Source: Styela clava
Lineage: Eukaryota
Assembly (NCBI RefSeq): GCF_964204865.1
Contig: NC_135264.1
Coordinates: forward strand, 4,960,001 to 5,024,000
DNA length: 64,000 nucleotides
Reading direction: 5' to 3'
The position numbers and the translations under genes are program-made. The notes under the pieces are model-generated. The model searched no databases, was not told the origin of the DNA, and worked only from the letters and a program-made list of their open reading frames with translations. Each line of letters opens with the position of its first letter. Position 1 is the stretch's first letter. Positions 28,201 through 42,305 of this stretch are shown piece after piece.

Positions 28201-31200
28201 AATAATCTTTTTTTTCTGGCAGTTAAAAAAAGGGAATTTATTTTACTTTTAGGTATATGCTACACCAACATTGTGTTTTATTATAATTAATATATTTTTT
28301 TTAATCTTGTGGCAGTTGTGCATTGAGACAGTTTGAGCCGTCTAAATGCATCATAATATGGTGTAATAATATTGTAAGTATGGTCAAATCAAATGTGTCC
28401 ATTTTTCATGATCGTTTTGATCGCTCTGTACTTACATCAGGCGGATGGCGGCAGATTTTTCTCAGTAACAGAAAGAATCCTAAAACATTAATACATAAAA
28501 CAATTCCAGCTGGAACAAGAAATCCAAAATAGAGTGAATACGAATGAAGCCAACATAGTCTATCGCTGATATAATGAGAGTCGAGAGAACGAACATGCGA
28601 ATCTGAAAATAGAAGAAAATGAACTTAATATGTTTTTACGGGAAAGTAAAATCTTAATTAGTAATGAGTTGTGTTCTTTGAAATAAAATAGTTTGTAAAC
28701 AAACATTTGAAGAGATATGTCATATTTCGTAAAGATTTCCACGCACCTCAATCAATCTACTTGCTGATATTTTGTATAGAAACTTATCTAGAAATTTATC
28801 TACGCATCTCCTAATGTAAGAATGTAGTACTGGTGTGATTCAAATTTGACTGGATATTTTATTAGCATATTATGCAAGTGACGCAGTCAGTCAAGGCTTT
28901 ACTTGAAGTTTAAACTGCTTTGATGAAATGCCTGCTGTTAGAATTTTGGGTGTAAGTCACTAACTATCATTATAAAAATCGATACATCCGTTAGGGAATT
29001 ACCTGAAGCCCTTAAAAATGCTTAACATCTTAAATCTCATGCTCAAAATCTTAGACTGCAACTATCAAAAAAATTATGTTTACAAAATGTGTAAAATAAT
29101 ATGAAACTTTTAGTTTCTGCATTGTCTTACAATCTTCACTTTCAGTATTATGACGAATTTTCCAGTTCAAATTTTGCACGGAATCTTCGGATATAGTTGT
29201 GTGTGCAACAATTATAGTTACTCCAGAAATACTTGTTGATATTGAATAAACTAAGATTGCACATTTCAACACATATTTTTCCCCGATTGACATGACGACG
29301 GTGACCAGTTTTCTAAAACAACATGTTATTTCAAAATAAAGATGATATTAGAGAAATATTCATAGCAAATATGTTAATCGATGATTACCTTTATAGTGAA
29401 GTTCGATAGTACTACAAAAATATCATTTTGCCACAACGTCACAATCAATCATCACGTGGCATATAAAACAATCGAACAGTGAATATAAAATTCGAACTGC
29501 ATTACCATGAAAGTTACGACAGAGTCTTTTTGAATGCTTAACATCAGTGAATTCACAGTTATACATTTGCTATTCATTCAACTTTATTCTACATTTTAAC
29601 ACATCCCATTGTTATTTTTTCCTAAAATACTCAAAATTGCTGCACGTATATTTTAAAATGTTTTGTCAAGCTGTTATAAATGTATTACTATTAGCACCAA
29701 TCGGTTTTATTGATGCCTTTACATACAAAAACTTAAATCTAGAAATGTAAATTAAAATTCCATACCTGTATATTGTAATGAATTCTACAAGCATCCATCC
29801 CCATGCACATAGCAACGATAATTGTAAAATAAATCCAACTGCTGCACATGCAATGTAGTTATCATTTGATCTCTCAACTCCACCAATGAATGTAATATAG
29901 GCTAGTAACAAGCAAACACTCAGATGAATGTGAATTTGGTTCAAGTCATTTGTTCGTAGTGTCCTATGGTAAAAAGGAGATCAGTGAGATAACAAATCAT
30001 ATGAATGAAGTTTTTGAATACCGAAAAATTGAAAAAAGAAAAAGGTTATCTGAAAAACAGATGATAGTTGATACAAATCAGACATACAGCTTCTAGGATT
30101 GTTTTTAATCTTTTCTTTTTGTTCATTTATTCCCACCGAGTCAATCAAAATTCAGATTCTGATGAAGCATAAAGTCTAAGTTAAAATTTACAAGTCATCT
30201 ACATAACAAAGCATTTTCTCCCTGAGCTTCATCTAAGTATGTCCTTTCTACATTTTTGCTCTTCTTTCTATTAAATGCCAAGACCTGTTGAATTATGATT
30301 CATTCTTAGTGCAGAATTTTGTGTTTTCACACAACATTCAATAAAAAAATGAAATAAATATTTAAAAACGAATATTAAAAGCATTTAAACCAAATACAAA
30401 TTAGCATTGAAATAACTTGGAGGATATTTTCGTATGATCGTGAAAATACCTGGAAGAAATATAGATAGTCAGAAGTAGAGACAATCCGATAATTGAGCTG
30501 ATGCACCCAATTTTTCCAATAACATCCAATGCAAAATTTCTTTTTACGCAATAGGTTTGCTGTAAACAAAAACAATGGATCGCATTTTACTTTTCAGAAT
30601 TAGTTCTTATTTTGTGTTATAAAATACCTACAATTTGCATAAAAAATCCCGAAAAGTTAATTTGGAAATGAAGATATTTGTGGGATAAATATTAAGTAAA
30701 ATCTCAACCTCATATCCAAAAAGAACACATAGAAAAGAGAACGTGAAGTGTTATAGAATCATTAGAACATAGAAAGGTTTAAGATTGAATATAGTCTTTA
30801 AAATTCTAATTTAAAAAATAGATAAGAATTTTCAGAAATCGAAAATAAAACTATTCACCACCAAAATCGCAAAATTAGTTGTGTGATTGCAGGAACATAT
30901 TGTCAAATTATTTGATTGGTCAATATCTGTAATGCATCCATCAAATTTCCACTTCGAATTGGGAATGCTTAAATATGCACATCTTTCTAATGGAATAGTC
31001 TGACTACAGGCCTGTAGAAAAATTTAAAAGCGAAGAAGTGAAAAATAGCACAAAAAGTATTATTTATATCTTTCTGTGGCTGAGAATTCGGTAACTCATA
31101 GAAGGGTATCTTAAACAAGACTGTCATCAGATATCATTCTTGGGAGATTGCTATACAACGCAAGTTAATTTAGAAACAACTCAATTAGACCTTCGTAGAT

Positions 31201-34200
31201 TAGATTATAAGTAAGTTAGATATGTTCAGTGGGTAAGCTGTACCCGGAACGCACCAGGTTGTTAAATATTTTACGGCATTTGCGTTTCTGTTGTTGAAAT
31301 AGAATTATGTCATAGAAAGTTTAGTTTTTTTGTAAACCTGGTTATGAACTGTACGCTTTGTAACATCATAATTGTTTTTACATCGCAGCAGACGAATAAT
31401 TAGTACAGCCATAACGTGTGTAAGAGATGTTTCTCTGACCTTTGACCCCAGAAAAATTAAACAAATAATTAATACAGCCATTAATAAGAACATGACAGGT
31501 ATTTTTGACTTAATAATAACATTTGTATTGAATTGCCAAAAAATATACTTGTCATTTTAGAGTCTAAAATTTAGACGAACATATTTCGGATAATTTCTTG
31601 TATCTCTCTGCTCTATTTTAGGACACTTCACTTTAGGATCACTTAATTTGTTCAACATCTATGTGTAATTTTATTATTACTATATCAGAATACTTGTACT
31701 AGAGATTATCATTCTTACATTTTCATCCTTCCTGTCCTTGTCTGTATGAGGAAATGAATGTTTGATAGGATCTGATAAATCTTTTAATTTTGTGCTGGAT
31801 ATCTGAGTGCTGACAATCTTAATATTCAATATGTAAATATGAAAGTTGTCACTGATATATCTTTCACAACTAAATAAGTGAGAGATCAACGGTATTGAAT
31901 TGTGACTGAGATTTCAACTGTGTTTAGTAATTTACTGTAGCATAAACTATCAAAGCCTATATTTGACAAATTGCTTACCTGTCCGACATGGATCGTTGGA
32001 TTATGTGGTTTCGGAAACAGAATTCCATTTTTATGAAAATAAAATATTGCTTTTGATGAATTTTTTATCGCAGTTACCGGAACGGCAGATGCTGGAATAA
32101 TTGATTTCACAAGTTGTGCGCCATCAGATCTGAGGTCAACTGTGGAATTATGAATACGCCCAAAAAACACGATTGGATTTGCAGATGGCAATTCACTCTC
32201 TAGCATTCGTGCCTGTATAAAGTTTTCGTTTGATTTATACACTTAAAAATATTAAACACAAGGAATTCCAATGGTTTACTCATTTGTAAATGAAAAATAA
32301 TGAAAAAAAAGGCAAATACTTCCAATATTTAGCATAAAGTTATAACATATTAAACTTCACAGAAATAAAATGCTAAATTTGTACCACTGTAGCGCAACAG
32401 TGAGAATAAACCAGTGAACAGCCATGAACTTACCATTTCATCCAATTAAATGCAAGATAAAGTGCCTGAATGATGAAATAAAAAACGCTGCAACAAACGG
32501 GAATACTACTCGTGTATACGTTTTTAGGATCCTTATATGAAAAAGCAATAATACTCTCGAAGTAGCGGAATAGAGTAAATGACTAATTGAAAATGCAATG
32601 AAAAACATCTTAGAGTCGTGGTTAGTTTTTGTTGTAAATTTGTACTAAACTCATACTGACAGCTGTTGTAACAAAGGCACAAATGTAATAATATATGACC
32701 TATCATATAATTTAAGTAACTACATCCGGTCCAGTGAAGATTTGTGACAATATACATGCCCAGTTTCTAAGACGAAACGCAGGAATTATTAGGCTGAGAC
32801 GTTTTATTTTTGTTTGTCTTTTCTATTCTTTTATAAAAACAAATGGACAAGAATATTATTATTTCTGAGATTTATTGCTGGTATTTTTATATTTAATGAA
32901 AAAAATAAATCTATTTAACTTGCGTTTGTTAGACCTATAATACTAAACCTCAAATCCAGTTCGCTGACCACTAATGGTCAATTTATCCCGCATCATAATT
33001 ACGTTAGACGGAAAAAATTCTAATGATTCTGCAAATAGAACTTTGTCTCTTTCTGTCAGATTTGTGGTGTTGCTATTCATCGCGGCAATAATAATGTTGT
33101 CTGTTGTCCAGATGAGATAATACATTGTAGTATCTGTGACCTGGAAAAAATTGTTGTTGTGGAAACACGAAATAACCTATACCCGACAAATAATAATTCT
33201 AATCGGCAATATTAACCAGAAAACTTTCTTCAATTAGTCACATACAGCAAACAAAAAAGTTTGTTTTTCATTGAAGCAAGAGTAAACTTCGCCCCAGATC
33301 ATAGGAGCTTGTGAATGTAATGAAATTATTGTATCACAGAAGTATATTCTTTTTCGTGTATTAGTAAAATGTGTGCCAATCTTGAGTTTTGAAGATGAAC
33401 GAGTTTTTATAAGCATGACTGCAAGGTGTGATATGCATTTTTAGTACTGCATGAGCAACTGGCAAACAACGCTTTGAGACCCAATTCTCGGAATTACCTC
33501 AAACTGTATTTTGGAAGTAATCCGTTATCAATTGTGTCTGATTCAGTTCTGATTAAATGCTTAGTTACAAAAGGTCGTATTTATAAAGTTCATTTCCTTG
33601 TTCCTGGTTATTCTAAAACAAACTAACTGTTCTGCTTATTTCCGCGTGTGACTTATCTCACGTTTCCTATATTTGATAGATATTTCCTAATTTATTTAAA
33701 ATAAGTATACAAACTGGCTTTTCCTATTGTCTGCCATTCTCGTTCTACGCCAGAAATATGAGTAATACTGTACTAGGTAACTTTTTGTTACGTAGACCTC
33801 TGAATAAGCATTAAGCACGCAAAGGTCAAATCAGGTCCGTGCTAATACAAGTATTACAATGGTACAAGATTTACAAATGGTTGATGTGGTAAAAGGGATG
33901 CGAGTAGTATATAAGAGGTACAGAACATTTTTATAAAACCGAATCAATTGGTAACCATTCATATTGATCTATATTCTATAAGATATATTTCTAAATTAAA
34001 ATGAAAATAGATTTGACTCGGACTGTTAGCCCGTGTTATATTTTCCTGTATTACGTTTAACATAGGCATATATAAATATACAGGGCGTCCTAAAATAAAT
34101 AAACCCACAAAATTGCTATTACATAGGTTGATTTCAACTCTATATGTATTTCAACTTTATCCCATAGCTTTGAATTTAGAAGAAAAGCTTTTTTTGTGAG

Positions 34201-37200
34201 CTCTGAAAATATAAATTATAGAGTTGAATCAACCTATTTTATTAGCAATTTTGTGGGTTTCGTTCATTTTAGAACGTCCTTTATATATAATGTAGTATTC
34301 ATACCTCAATTTCTAACTTTTTGATTTTAATGCCCAGTACATTAACCACTTTAACTACATTTGTAACATCTTCTTTGACATGACCTCGCTGAGAAGAAAA
34401 TTTTTGAGAGATGGCATTTGCAGAAGCAATGCAACGTTCAACAGACGAAGTATTTGCACGTTTAGTCTTTACCTGAAAATAAAAAGCGGTCATTGAAGTG
34501 AAAAAAAAACGCTTTTGCATTAAAATACCTCACAAACGTACCATTTTTTACCATGTCTGTAGTAGGCATAACGATGCAAATCAGACTTTTATTTTACACG
34601 ACAATGATATTCATTATTAGTATAGCATTCATATATGCTGTAAAAATACCGTTTGCATATCTACCTCAATTAACAAATCATAGGAACTAATGTTGCAAAG
34701 TACTTCCATCAGGGTTGTTTTATCAAAATATGCATAAACACTCCCGTCTAAATTCTTTTTCTCCACACATCGTATCGATGCGGTGTACTTGACGTCTAAA
34801 ATAGGAACAAAAAGATTACTCCGACGCTTTAGTTTTGATGCACCCAGCATTGCAGTAGGTGGTTGAAATTTATTATTTTATGTGAAATATGGATGCAAAT
34901 TAACCAAATATAATCAACTATAAAGTATAAATAATATTTCAATAAATCTACCTGGATTTGCGCATGTTTCTTTTGAAGGAACCAATGTGTTCACGATCGC
35001 TTGTTTGAAAATATAGAAATCAGTATGCTTTGATCGTACTTTCGATTCACGACAGATATCTTTTGCTGTGAAATTTTCTACAAAATTAGAGGACATATCA
35101 TGCATTGAGGCGTTATACTAGACACAAAACAAAATGTAATGGCGAAGTACAATAATATTTATAGACTAGAACTGTTCTAGAAAAAGCAAATCCGGATCTT
35201 TTATTGCTTGAAAACTCTTGACCAAATGTTATTCAAGCAATCTTGTGGCACAAGCCAAAATATTTTTTACATGAAACATGACATAAACACAAAAACTCAA
35301 ATAAATATTAAGATGACCGAACATGCACCTCTGATCATCATCATGCGCAAACTTCCCCTAGGTTTACCTTCACAGAAGTCTTCTACCAGCGACAATGAGA
35401 TATCAGATAGGAAAATGTTTTCATTTGTAAACACATTTTTTTCACTAACGCCGCCATTGGCAATAATTTTCAGTTCCGTCAAGTTATATTGACCAATTCC
35501 AATTGCATATGACGTTACATTACGCTCAACCGATTCGTGATACCTGATGGCAAAAAATATTCAATATGATGTATCTGTACAGTAGATCTGGTATTCAAAC
35601 AATTCAGTTTAAAATAATCTCTACAAATTTCAAGCGAAAATTGAGGGGCCAAAAACTAAGGAATCAAATAAGTACATTGGATAAAATAAAATCAAAACAC
35701 AATGAACATCAATTCATTCCAAGCACAGTTTTTGAGAAATTGGAATCCACTGTGGATAAATGTTCGGTGTAAAAAGTGAACATCTTCTGAAATTATGGTT
35801 GGAAATCGCTCCCAGTGACTTTCGCTTGTGTAATATCATCATTACCAATATGCGTAGATAAGAAAATGTTGTGCCAAACCTGGTACGAGTCTATTGAAAA
35901 GCGTTCTCACCTATGGCCTTCGATGATATAATAAATATCATAAAATAATATGAACCCAAAAATGTTCACGATGTAGCAAAAAAAGTTCATCAGCGCCATG
36001 TACTTCATACGTGATGTGCTTATAATTCCATTTATATTTTTCAACTTAGTATCGGTCTTTATTAATAGAACTGAATCATTTCCCTTTTTGCACGTAGCAA
36101 TCTTATACAAACCAGTCCAGTAAATATGTGCCATCGTTTGAATGTCCATCTGTTATTAAAACAAGACTCTTCGAAGAGAAATTTGCTCTAGGAGAATGGG
36201 GATATTCGACCTAAACAAAATTGGGAGACAATCATGTGACTCTACCCATGTATACAATTCATACCGTAATTGTAGCAAGATAATTTTCAAAAACAAAGGT
36301 TCAGTCACACTGTCTTTTTATTATTATTTTTGTTGCGTCACTTATTATCGAATGATGTTTCATATGAAATAAACGATATCACATCAATATAATTTAATTA
36401 ACGTTTTCTAGTTTCGTATCACCTCTTGGATGGTCTAAAATATCAAAGTAAGTTAGCACAAAAAAATTCGCACTTCGACAATTCGTTTGAGCGCGGAGTA
36501 AGTGTACGTCCCATGGCGTATTTGCGTCATATTGATTATTTTTTTTTCCATGCAATTTTTTGATAAGCAATCTCCCAATCTGAATGGAATTTCAAATTCG
36601 TTTCTCCTGAAAGAACTGTAACTGTAAATAGAAAATAAGGTAATTTCATCCGAAAAGAGTCATTTGTTCTCTGTGTCCATCAGATGGAGCATTGCTCTCT
36701 TGTTTGAATTTTTCAATATATTAATTTTAAACTTTTTGCTACGTTTTGTGATAATCTTTTTCATTTGTACTGTATTTTTTAACGTAACATGCTGTCGTGG
36801 TCGATCAGTATATAAAAATTTATTATATATTCTATACTGGACTTCCAGTTACAAATACTGCTTATAATATTCTCTTTTTAGCCAGTCATGTATCATTCAC
36901 GCCAAACAAACATCATAATCCCTAACCCGGAATACTGCAATATCCCGATTTGAACCTTCGAATCAAGTTTGTCATAGATGCTGGATGTCATTAATGTTAG
37001 CCATTGTCGTATGGTTTCAAATGTTTCACCAAAAATAGAACCCGATCCATCAACGACAAAAACAACGTCAACGTAATTACAATAATATGCTGAAAATAAG
37101 GTTTTGTATTTAAAATAGTTAAAGGAATAGGACGATGCATTTTAATTTTAAGCAACTTCATATATATGCCTATCACCAAATAGTACACTCGTTTATTTGC

Positions 37201-37581
37201 CAACTCAAAATAACGCAACTTTGCCGCTTTTGTAGCATTAGTACATACATATATGGTATACAAATCAAAACTATCTTTGAAAATAATTAGGCACAACATC
37301 GCTAAATAAAGTGATACTTGAGGCATTCTATTTGGAGAAACCATGCCTCATAATTTAAAAATAATATTATAGCTATGAAACATTAATCGAGCGCCTCATT
37401 CCAACAGAGGCAAGTGCGTTTGTATATAAATTGAATTATGTATTGATATTGCTTACTACCTTCATTTTTATCGCGTTTGGCTAATTAAAATGCACTTACG
37501 TGAAATAGTTGTATTTTTTCCTCCTGTTACCGATGCATTCACTATGAGAATTACCAAAACCTCTTTAATGCACCAGAACAT
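25223..37581 (-). CDS. adhesion GPCR with N-terminal VWA (MIDAS) domain, GAIN/GPS and 7TM
   Basis: Signal exon 37581-37500. VWA exons 37089-36927 (DVVFVVDGSGSI...QIGILQYS), 36621-36474 (GTYTYSAL), 36210-36113 (LVLITDGHSND), 35543-~35367 (SYAIGIG). Further exons 35117-34952, 34795-34665, 34472-34305, 33140-32949, 32212-31979, 31817-31719. GPS exon 31011-30859 (WKFDGC...CSCNHTTNFAILV). TM exons 30449-?, 29963-29766 (WMLVE), 29312-29131, 28602-28436 (CWL), 28157-27987 (LGLTWAF, FNAFQ), 27724-27619 (GTFIFFIFCVWRKEVR). Probable last exon 25371-25223, alternatively a stop at 27593. The TM1 exon and one junction are unresolved. Confidence 0.85.
25700..27051. repeat. interspersed repeat cluster (Helentron/DINE-1-like ends), homologous to 38220-38800
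   Basis: Two copies of the terminus catatatttgagcatagctctcttgtt (near 26000-26024 and 27025-27051; a related copy at about 36672-36705). Internal duplications are present, and 26649-26755 aligns with 38668-38774. Confidence 0.55.
34081..34281. mobile_element. Tc1/mariner-like MITE (long imperfect palindrome, TA flanks)
   Basis: cagggcgtcctaaaat..aaacccacaaaattgcta..ataggttgatt..caactctata is mirrored at 34217-34281; flanked by TA. Confidence 0.7.
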
Positions 37582-38219
37582 TTTCAATACTTTTCTGGTT
37601 TATCGTGCTGCTCAGATTTCAGAAAAAAAAACTTTGATGAAAAACTTTCAATTGTTGAATAAGTTACACACCCCTGTTTGCAAATAAATCAAGATTAGTT
37701 ATCAATTCTTTTCATATTCTTATTTTTCTTAACTTTATTTAAGATTAATCTCTAGCATATACGTTGTCTCCAATCGTTCAATTTTTTCAGCTGCTGTCGT
37801 TAGTTTAGCGTCCGCCGTACAGTGATGAAAATTCATTTAATGGGACCTCGACTCATTGTAGGCCACTGCCACGAAGTGTGATTACACGAGTGACTGGCCA
37901 CAGCGTCAGCGTGTGTGCGTTTTCAGTTTGTCGATATATACTAAGTTTATATCAGTGCATTTCATGTTAAAAATTGTGAGCTAGCTTTATGCTTCCTACT
38001 TTTTGTTATTGAATGGAAATTTAATACTTACAAAGCAGTCAAATATTAATAAAAAAAATTTACCACGACTTCGACTAGATCGATAGATTATCCATAGAAA
38101 TCAATATATATTAATATATTATAATCCCTGCTGTGGCAAGCAGCCTTGCATTATAGTATACGCATACGGATCCACTAGCGCAAAAGTATTGAGGGAAGGA
38201 CTGGGAGTTAGTCTCGTTT

Positions 38220-38800
38220 ACCCTCTGCTCATATTTATTGGGCACGGAACGGACCTATGGACCGTTTGTTGTTTTGTTATTATGTTGTTGTTTTTGTTCT
38301 TGTTGTAAAAAAAGTTCTTCCTAACGTCATGAAAAAATCGCCTTCTTTTTAATCCCTGGAACAATTGCTTGAGACTTTCAATGATTAGGGATTGTATTTT
38401 TTGGTAAAAATTCATTACTTTTTTATTTCAAAAATGTCTGTGGGCTTTATGGGATTCGTTTCCTGTGAGCTATGAGGTCATTTCTTTCTTGTTGTAAAAA
38501 ATCGTCTTTCTCTTCAATAATGACGTCAATAAAAACTGTCCACCTTGTGGCGGTTTCGTGAACGCACATCAGCGGATGTAGTGCTCAGCGAACGTCGGCG
38601 TTATTCGTACTTAGCAGAAGTGGGACGTTTTTGCCCGGGAAACGGTAGACTGTGGTACAGTAATAACTCGGATCAGTTGCTATTTCAATTCACGTTGAAA
38701 CTGAATCATGAATAATGGATCATCGTCACAGGACCTAGAAAAGCTGGGGCGATTCCTGTAACAGAACCCTGATATGGAGGCGGGCAACTCGACTGCACAG
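38220..38800. repeat. second copy of the repeat family at 25700-27051
   Basis: Shared blocks aaaatcg..ttct, atgacgtca, and tcggatcagttg..ttcaattcac..ggatcatcgtcac.ggacct..aaccctgata. Confidence 0.6.
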
Positions 38801-38839
38801 ACCATTGCATTCCAGTTACCTATTTATATTGCTATATAA

Positions 38840-40700
38840 ACCGGTGCAAAGGGAAAAATACCTCGTGCACGGACCGTGTGTCCCATTTGCTCACTCGATT
38901 TCAATTCTCTAGTACAGGGTAAGTCACATTTTAGACGTGTACATAATGGAAAAGCTGTTCCCTTGATGGCGAGTTTCTTGTGGAGATTTCGATTACCACG
39001 GCTAAAACTTCCGTTCCACTTTTGGACACCTGCACAAACACACCCCTTTTCTTTGCCTATTGCCTGGGTGTCGTCAGAGAGCACACCGGTACAGCGAATT
39101 AAGAGCGCTGTATACTCGTACACTGGCTTCCACAAGCAAAACTTTCGCTGGTTCCGGTGTGCGGCAGGTGTTCTATGTAAAATGCAAGAATCAAAAATCC
39201 CACTGGGTTGCCTGCCACCCGATGTACTCCGAACTCTCCGATTGTCGCCTGTTCCAATCTTAGGTTTGTCGTCGGGCCCTCCTGCTACCCCCCCCCCCCC
39301 CCCCCTCCCCTCCTATTTTTCCTGCTTCCTCATTTTTATCTACTCCCATGATTCCTTTTTGTTCACATTCTGAAAACACCGTCCCAAAAACTTATTCTAC
39401 CTCCAAATTTGAAAAGATAGAAAAAAAACTGTCACTTTCTATGCTTCTTATTCCTCTCCATCTTCGCCCGGTTCGCCCCGACAAAACCCATTGGACGGAC
39501 GCCGGCCCCCAAACCGTTATTCACGTTCAGCCCAGAAACAGGCTAAATCAAACCAATTGAACGGCGAACGTGGGTGTCGGCCAGGGTTCAGTCTTCAGTT
39601 GAGGGCGGCTTTTTGGAGAAATCAGAAAAGCACGGTTAGGTCGATCATCGAAGATTCACTTGGTGAACTGCAGTGACGAAGATTCACTTGGTGAACTGGT
39701 GACTTGGCGATGCCTTCGTGGATAAGGTAAAGCTTTGCCGGACGTCGGTTACCAGTTACGATGTGGGCCGGACGTGATCGCCAAGGGCCAGGGCTACGCA
39801 GACGATTCTGCCCTGTGTGTGCCGTCGCGGCAACAGTTGGAGGCGCAACTTTCAATATGTGAAGAGGCACAATGGTCGCGGACAATGAGTCTTCCCATCT
39901 CTGGTCCGCGTGGTTGCTCGTGCTCGGCTGGGCGAGGTTTTATCGAGGCCAGGAGGCGACACAGGCCCCGATAATCGACTTTCTCAATCGTGATAACTCC
40001 TCTGAGCCAAACGGACGGCGCATCGGTCCGTATGGTGATATCTGTAGGGCCAACTGCGCTCTATGGGTTGCCGTATCGGTCTCTGCTGGGCTGTCTCCTC
40101 AGAGCGGAACTTTACCACTAACAATCTCCTGGGCGAGAGCGGCAAGAAGATAACTCGGGTGTTTCAGGGGAAGACAGTTGACTGTCACTCCCCGTTCGGT
40201 TTGGTCAAACCACTCTCTCTCCACGTCTGTCTCTTTCGCTCAAACCACTCTCTCTCCACGTCTGTCTCTCTCGCTCAATTTCAGATTTCGTGGGTTTTGA
40301 AATCTCGATTAATTTTTTTGCCGCTGCAATCCGTTTGTAGACGGTTTACGGCAAATGGGGAACTGATTCGATTCTCGAGGAAATCGATGTGATGTGCCCA
40401 TTCGACAACGGCCAGGCCACCATAGATGACGCGGCTCGTCGGAAACACTCACAAAATATGAGAAGTTAGGTCGCTCTATTGCTCTTGCCTCTAGCAAAGT
40501 GGTGGGGTTCTACGCTTTTATTGTTAGTTCTCTCGGCAGTTATGTCGTTGAAACCAGACTGCTCTTCGTGCTTTGGGTGTGACCGGAAGGGTCGCTACGG
40601 CAGTCTCCCATAACTGCGTCAGGAACTCCATCCGGGGTTCCCGCCTCTGGCGGGCTTAGTGCGGACTTCCTGGAAGTTTCGACTAATCTGACTTCACCCT
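38840..40700 (+). mobile_element. internally deleted RLE-type non-LTR retrotransposon (NeSL/Utopia-like), degenerate
   Basis: Motifs in the expected order: C2H2 finger CPICSLDFNSLVQGKSHFRRVH (38879-38944); RT GYADDSAL...QQLEAQL (YADD 39795-39806); restriction-like endonuclease IDVMCPFDNG...ARRK..KY (40383-) and AFIVSSLGSY (about 40514-40543). Frameshifts and stops; GC-rich relative to flanks. Confidence 0.8.
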
Positions 40701-41824
40701 CTTTTCTGACACTGCATTTTACTCTTTCTTTAATTTCTTCTCCTTTCTCAGTGTGTGTATGAGGTGTGTTGGTGATCTTGAGTGATTTTTTTATAATTTG
40801 TTAGGTCATATCACCCAGTTGACTAGCTGTTCCCAAGGTAGTTTGATCCGTTTTCTCACTGAAATAACTCAATTGATCCAGTGGCTCAATTTGTTTAGTT
40901 GTATTTTTATCGCTCTCCCCATCACTTATCTTCACAGATTCACGGCAATAGGCATGGACCACCATATATATATTTGTTTATTCCGCTCGCCTCCATTATC
41001 TCAATATTAATTCTCAGATTTATCATACGTAATCAAATTATAATTTTGATCAATTGTCTTTAGATTTTTTTCTTTCTGCGACCACTTCACACTTTTCTTC
41101 ACTTTAATTCGGTCGATAGTAGAAGGCGAGCGGTATTTATTATACAGTCGTTTTCATCTTTAGAACCCATTTCCGAGTTGGCCAGCCCTTCGCAGCAAGA
41201 TTATTTTACGGTATTTTTTCAGTGTGGTTTTTGCTCGGTGGGTTGGCCGCGACTGGCGTTGATTCAAATGTCATACACTTTAATTATATATCCGCTAGAT
41301 CACGAACCACTCGAAAAGCATCCGACATTTATTTCATATATCTTTGGGGGGCTGGCCTAGTTAGATGAGCCGCATCATTTACTTTTATATTGACATGTGT
41401 TATTTTCATTACATGCTCAATTCATTTCTTATTTAGGATGAATATAATTTGTATTTACTTGTATAAATACTGTTCCAGCCCTCCTGCGTGGGGGAGGCCA
41501 GGTTTACTGGCGATGTACCGCAATAAAAGAAAAGCAGATCGTGATTTGATGTGTCGAAGCTGAACGTTACAAGTTGAGTGGGCGGGAAACAATTATTTGG
41601 AGAAACAAAGAAGAACGCTTCCCCCGACCGGAACAAAACCAAACGCAGACGATCCATTATGCGGGACAGAACTATTGTTACGTCACAACTTTGCTTATAG
41701 TTGTTCAAGCTCCTGGGGGTCGCGAAAAAAATTGTGCCAAGTGGGACGTGATCAAAAAAGTTATCTGAAAGCTACTTGGAATTTGAATTCACTTCCGTTC
41801 CACGAAATGGTGAAGAAAAGCCGC

Positions 41825-42305
41825 CATGGCGCAGCCAAGGGATTACCCCCTGCCCCCTTTTGAAATTTTTAGAAGACTGAAAAAATCGCTTATAACGCGT
41901 GCGATTGCAGTTAGTAAATCGTCCATTGTTTTTGTCATGGTAACGCATTATTTAAGCGTAAACACCTTCGCGGCGGTGTTTATTCTCCCCAAATCACAAA
42001 TTTTGTCTTGTGCCTCGACAATGATGATAATTACGTTTTGTCGTGGTATTTTAGAATTGCGATGCATTTTCGTTGTAATCAATTAAATTGTACTCGATAG
42101 GATTTTATATCACATCTTGAGGTTTTTGGAATGGTGATAACAAATTCGCAAGATCCTAAAAATTCATATCAAAATTAAATATTTCAACCGGTAGAAAAGT
42201 AATTATACGCTGAAAAAATCGACTATTTTAACGAGTGACTGTTTCAGAAGGGAATGGGAATTTTCGATTTTAAACCCTCCTTTGCAAATCCTAACTGCGC
42301 GCATG
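41825..42305. mobile_element. non-autonomous DNA element with imperfect TIRs and 6-bp flanking direct repeat
   Basis: Ends catggcgcagcc / ctaactgcgcgcatg; agccgc at 41819-41824 and 42306-42311. Confidence 0.5.
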
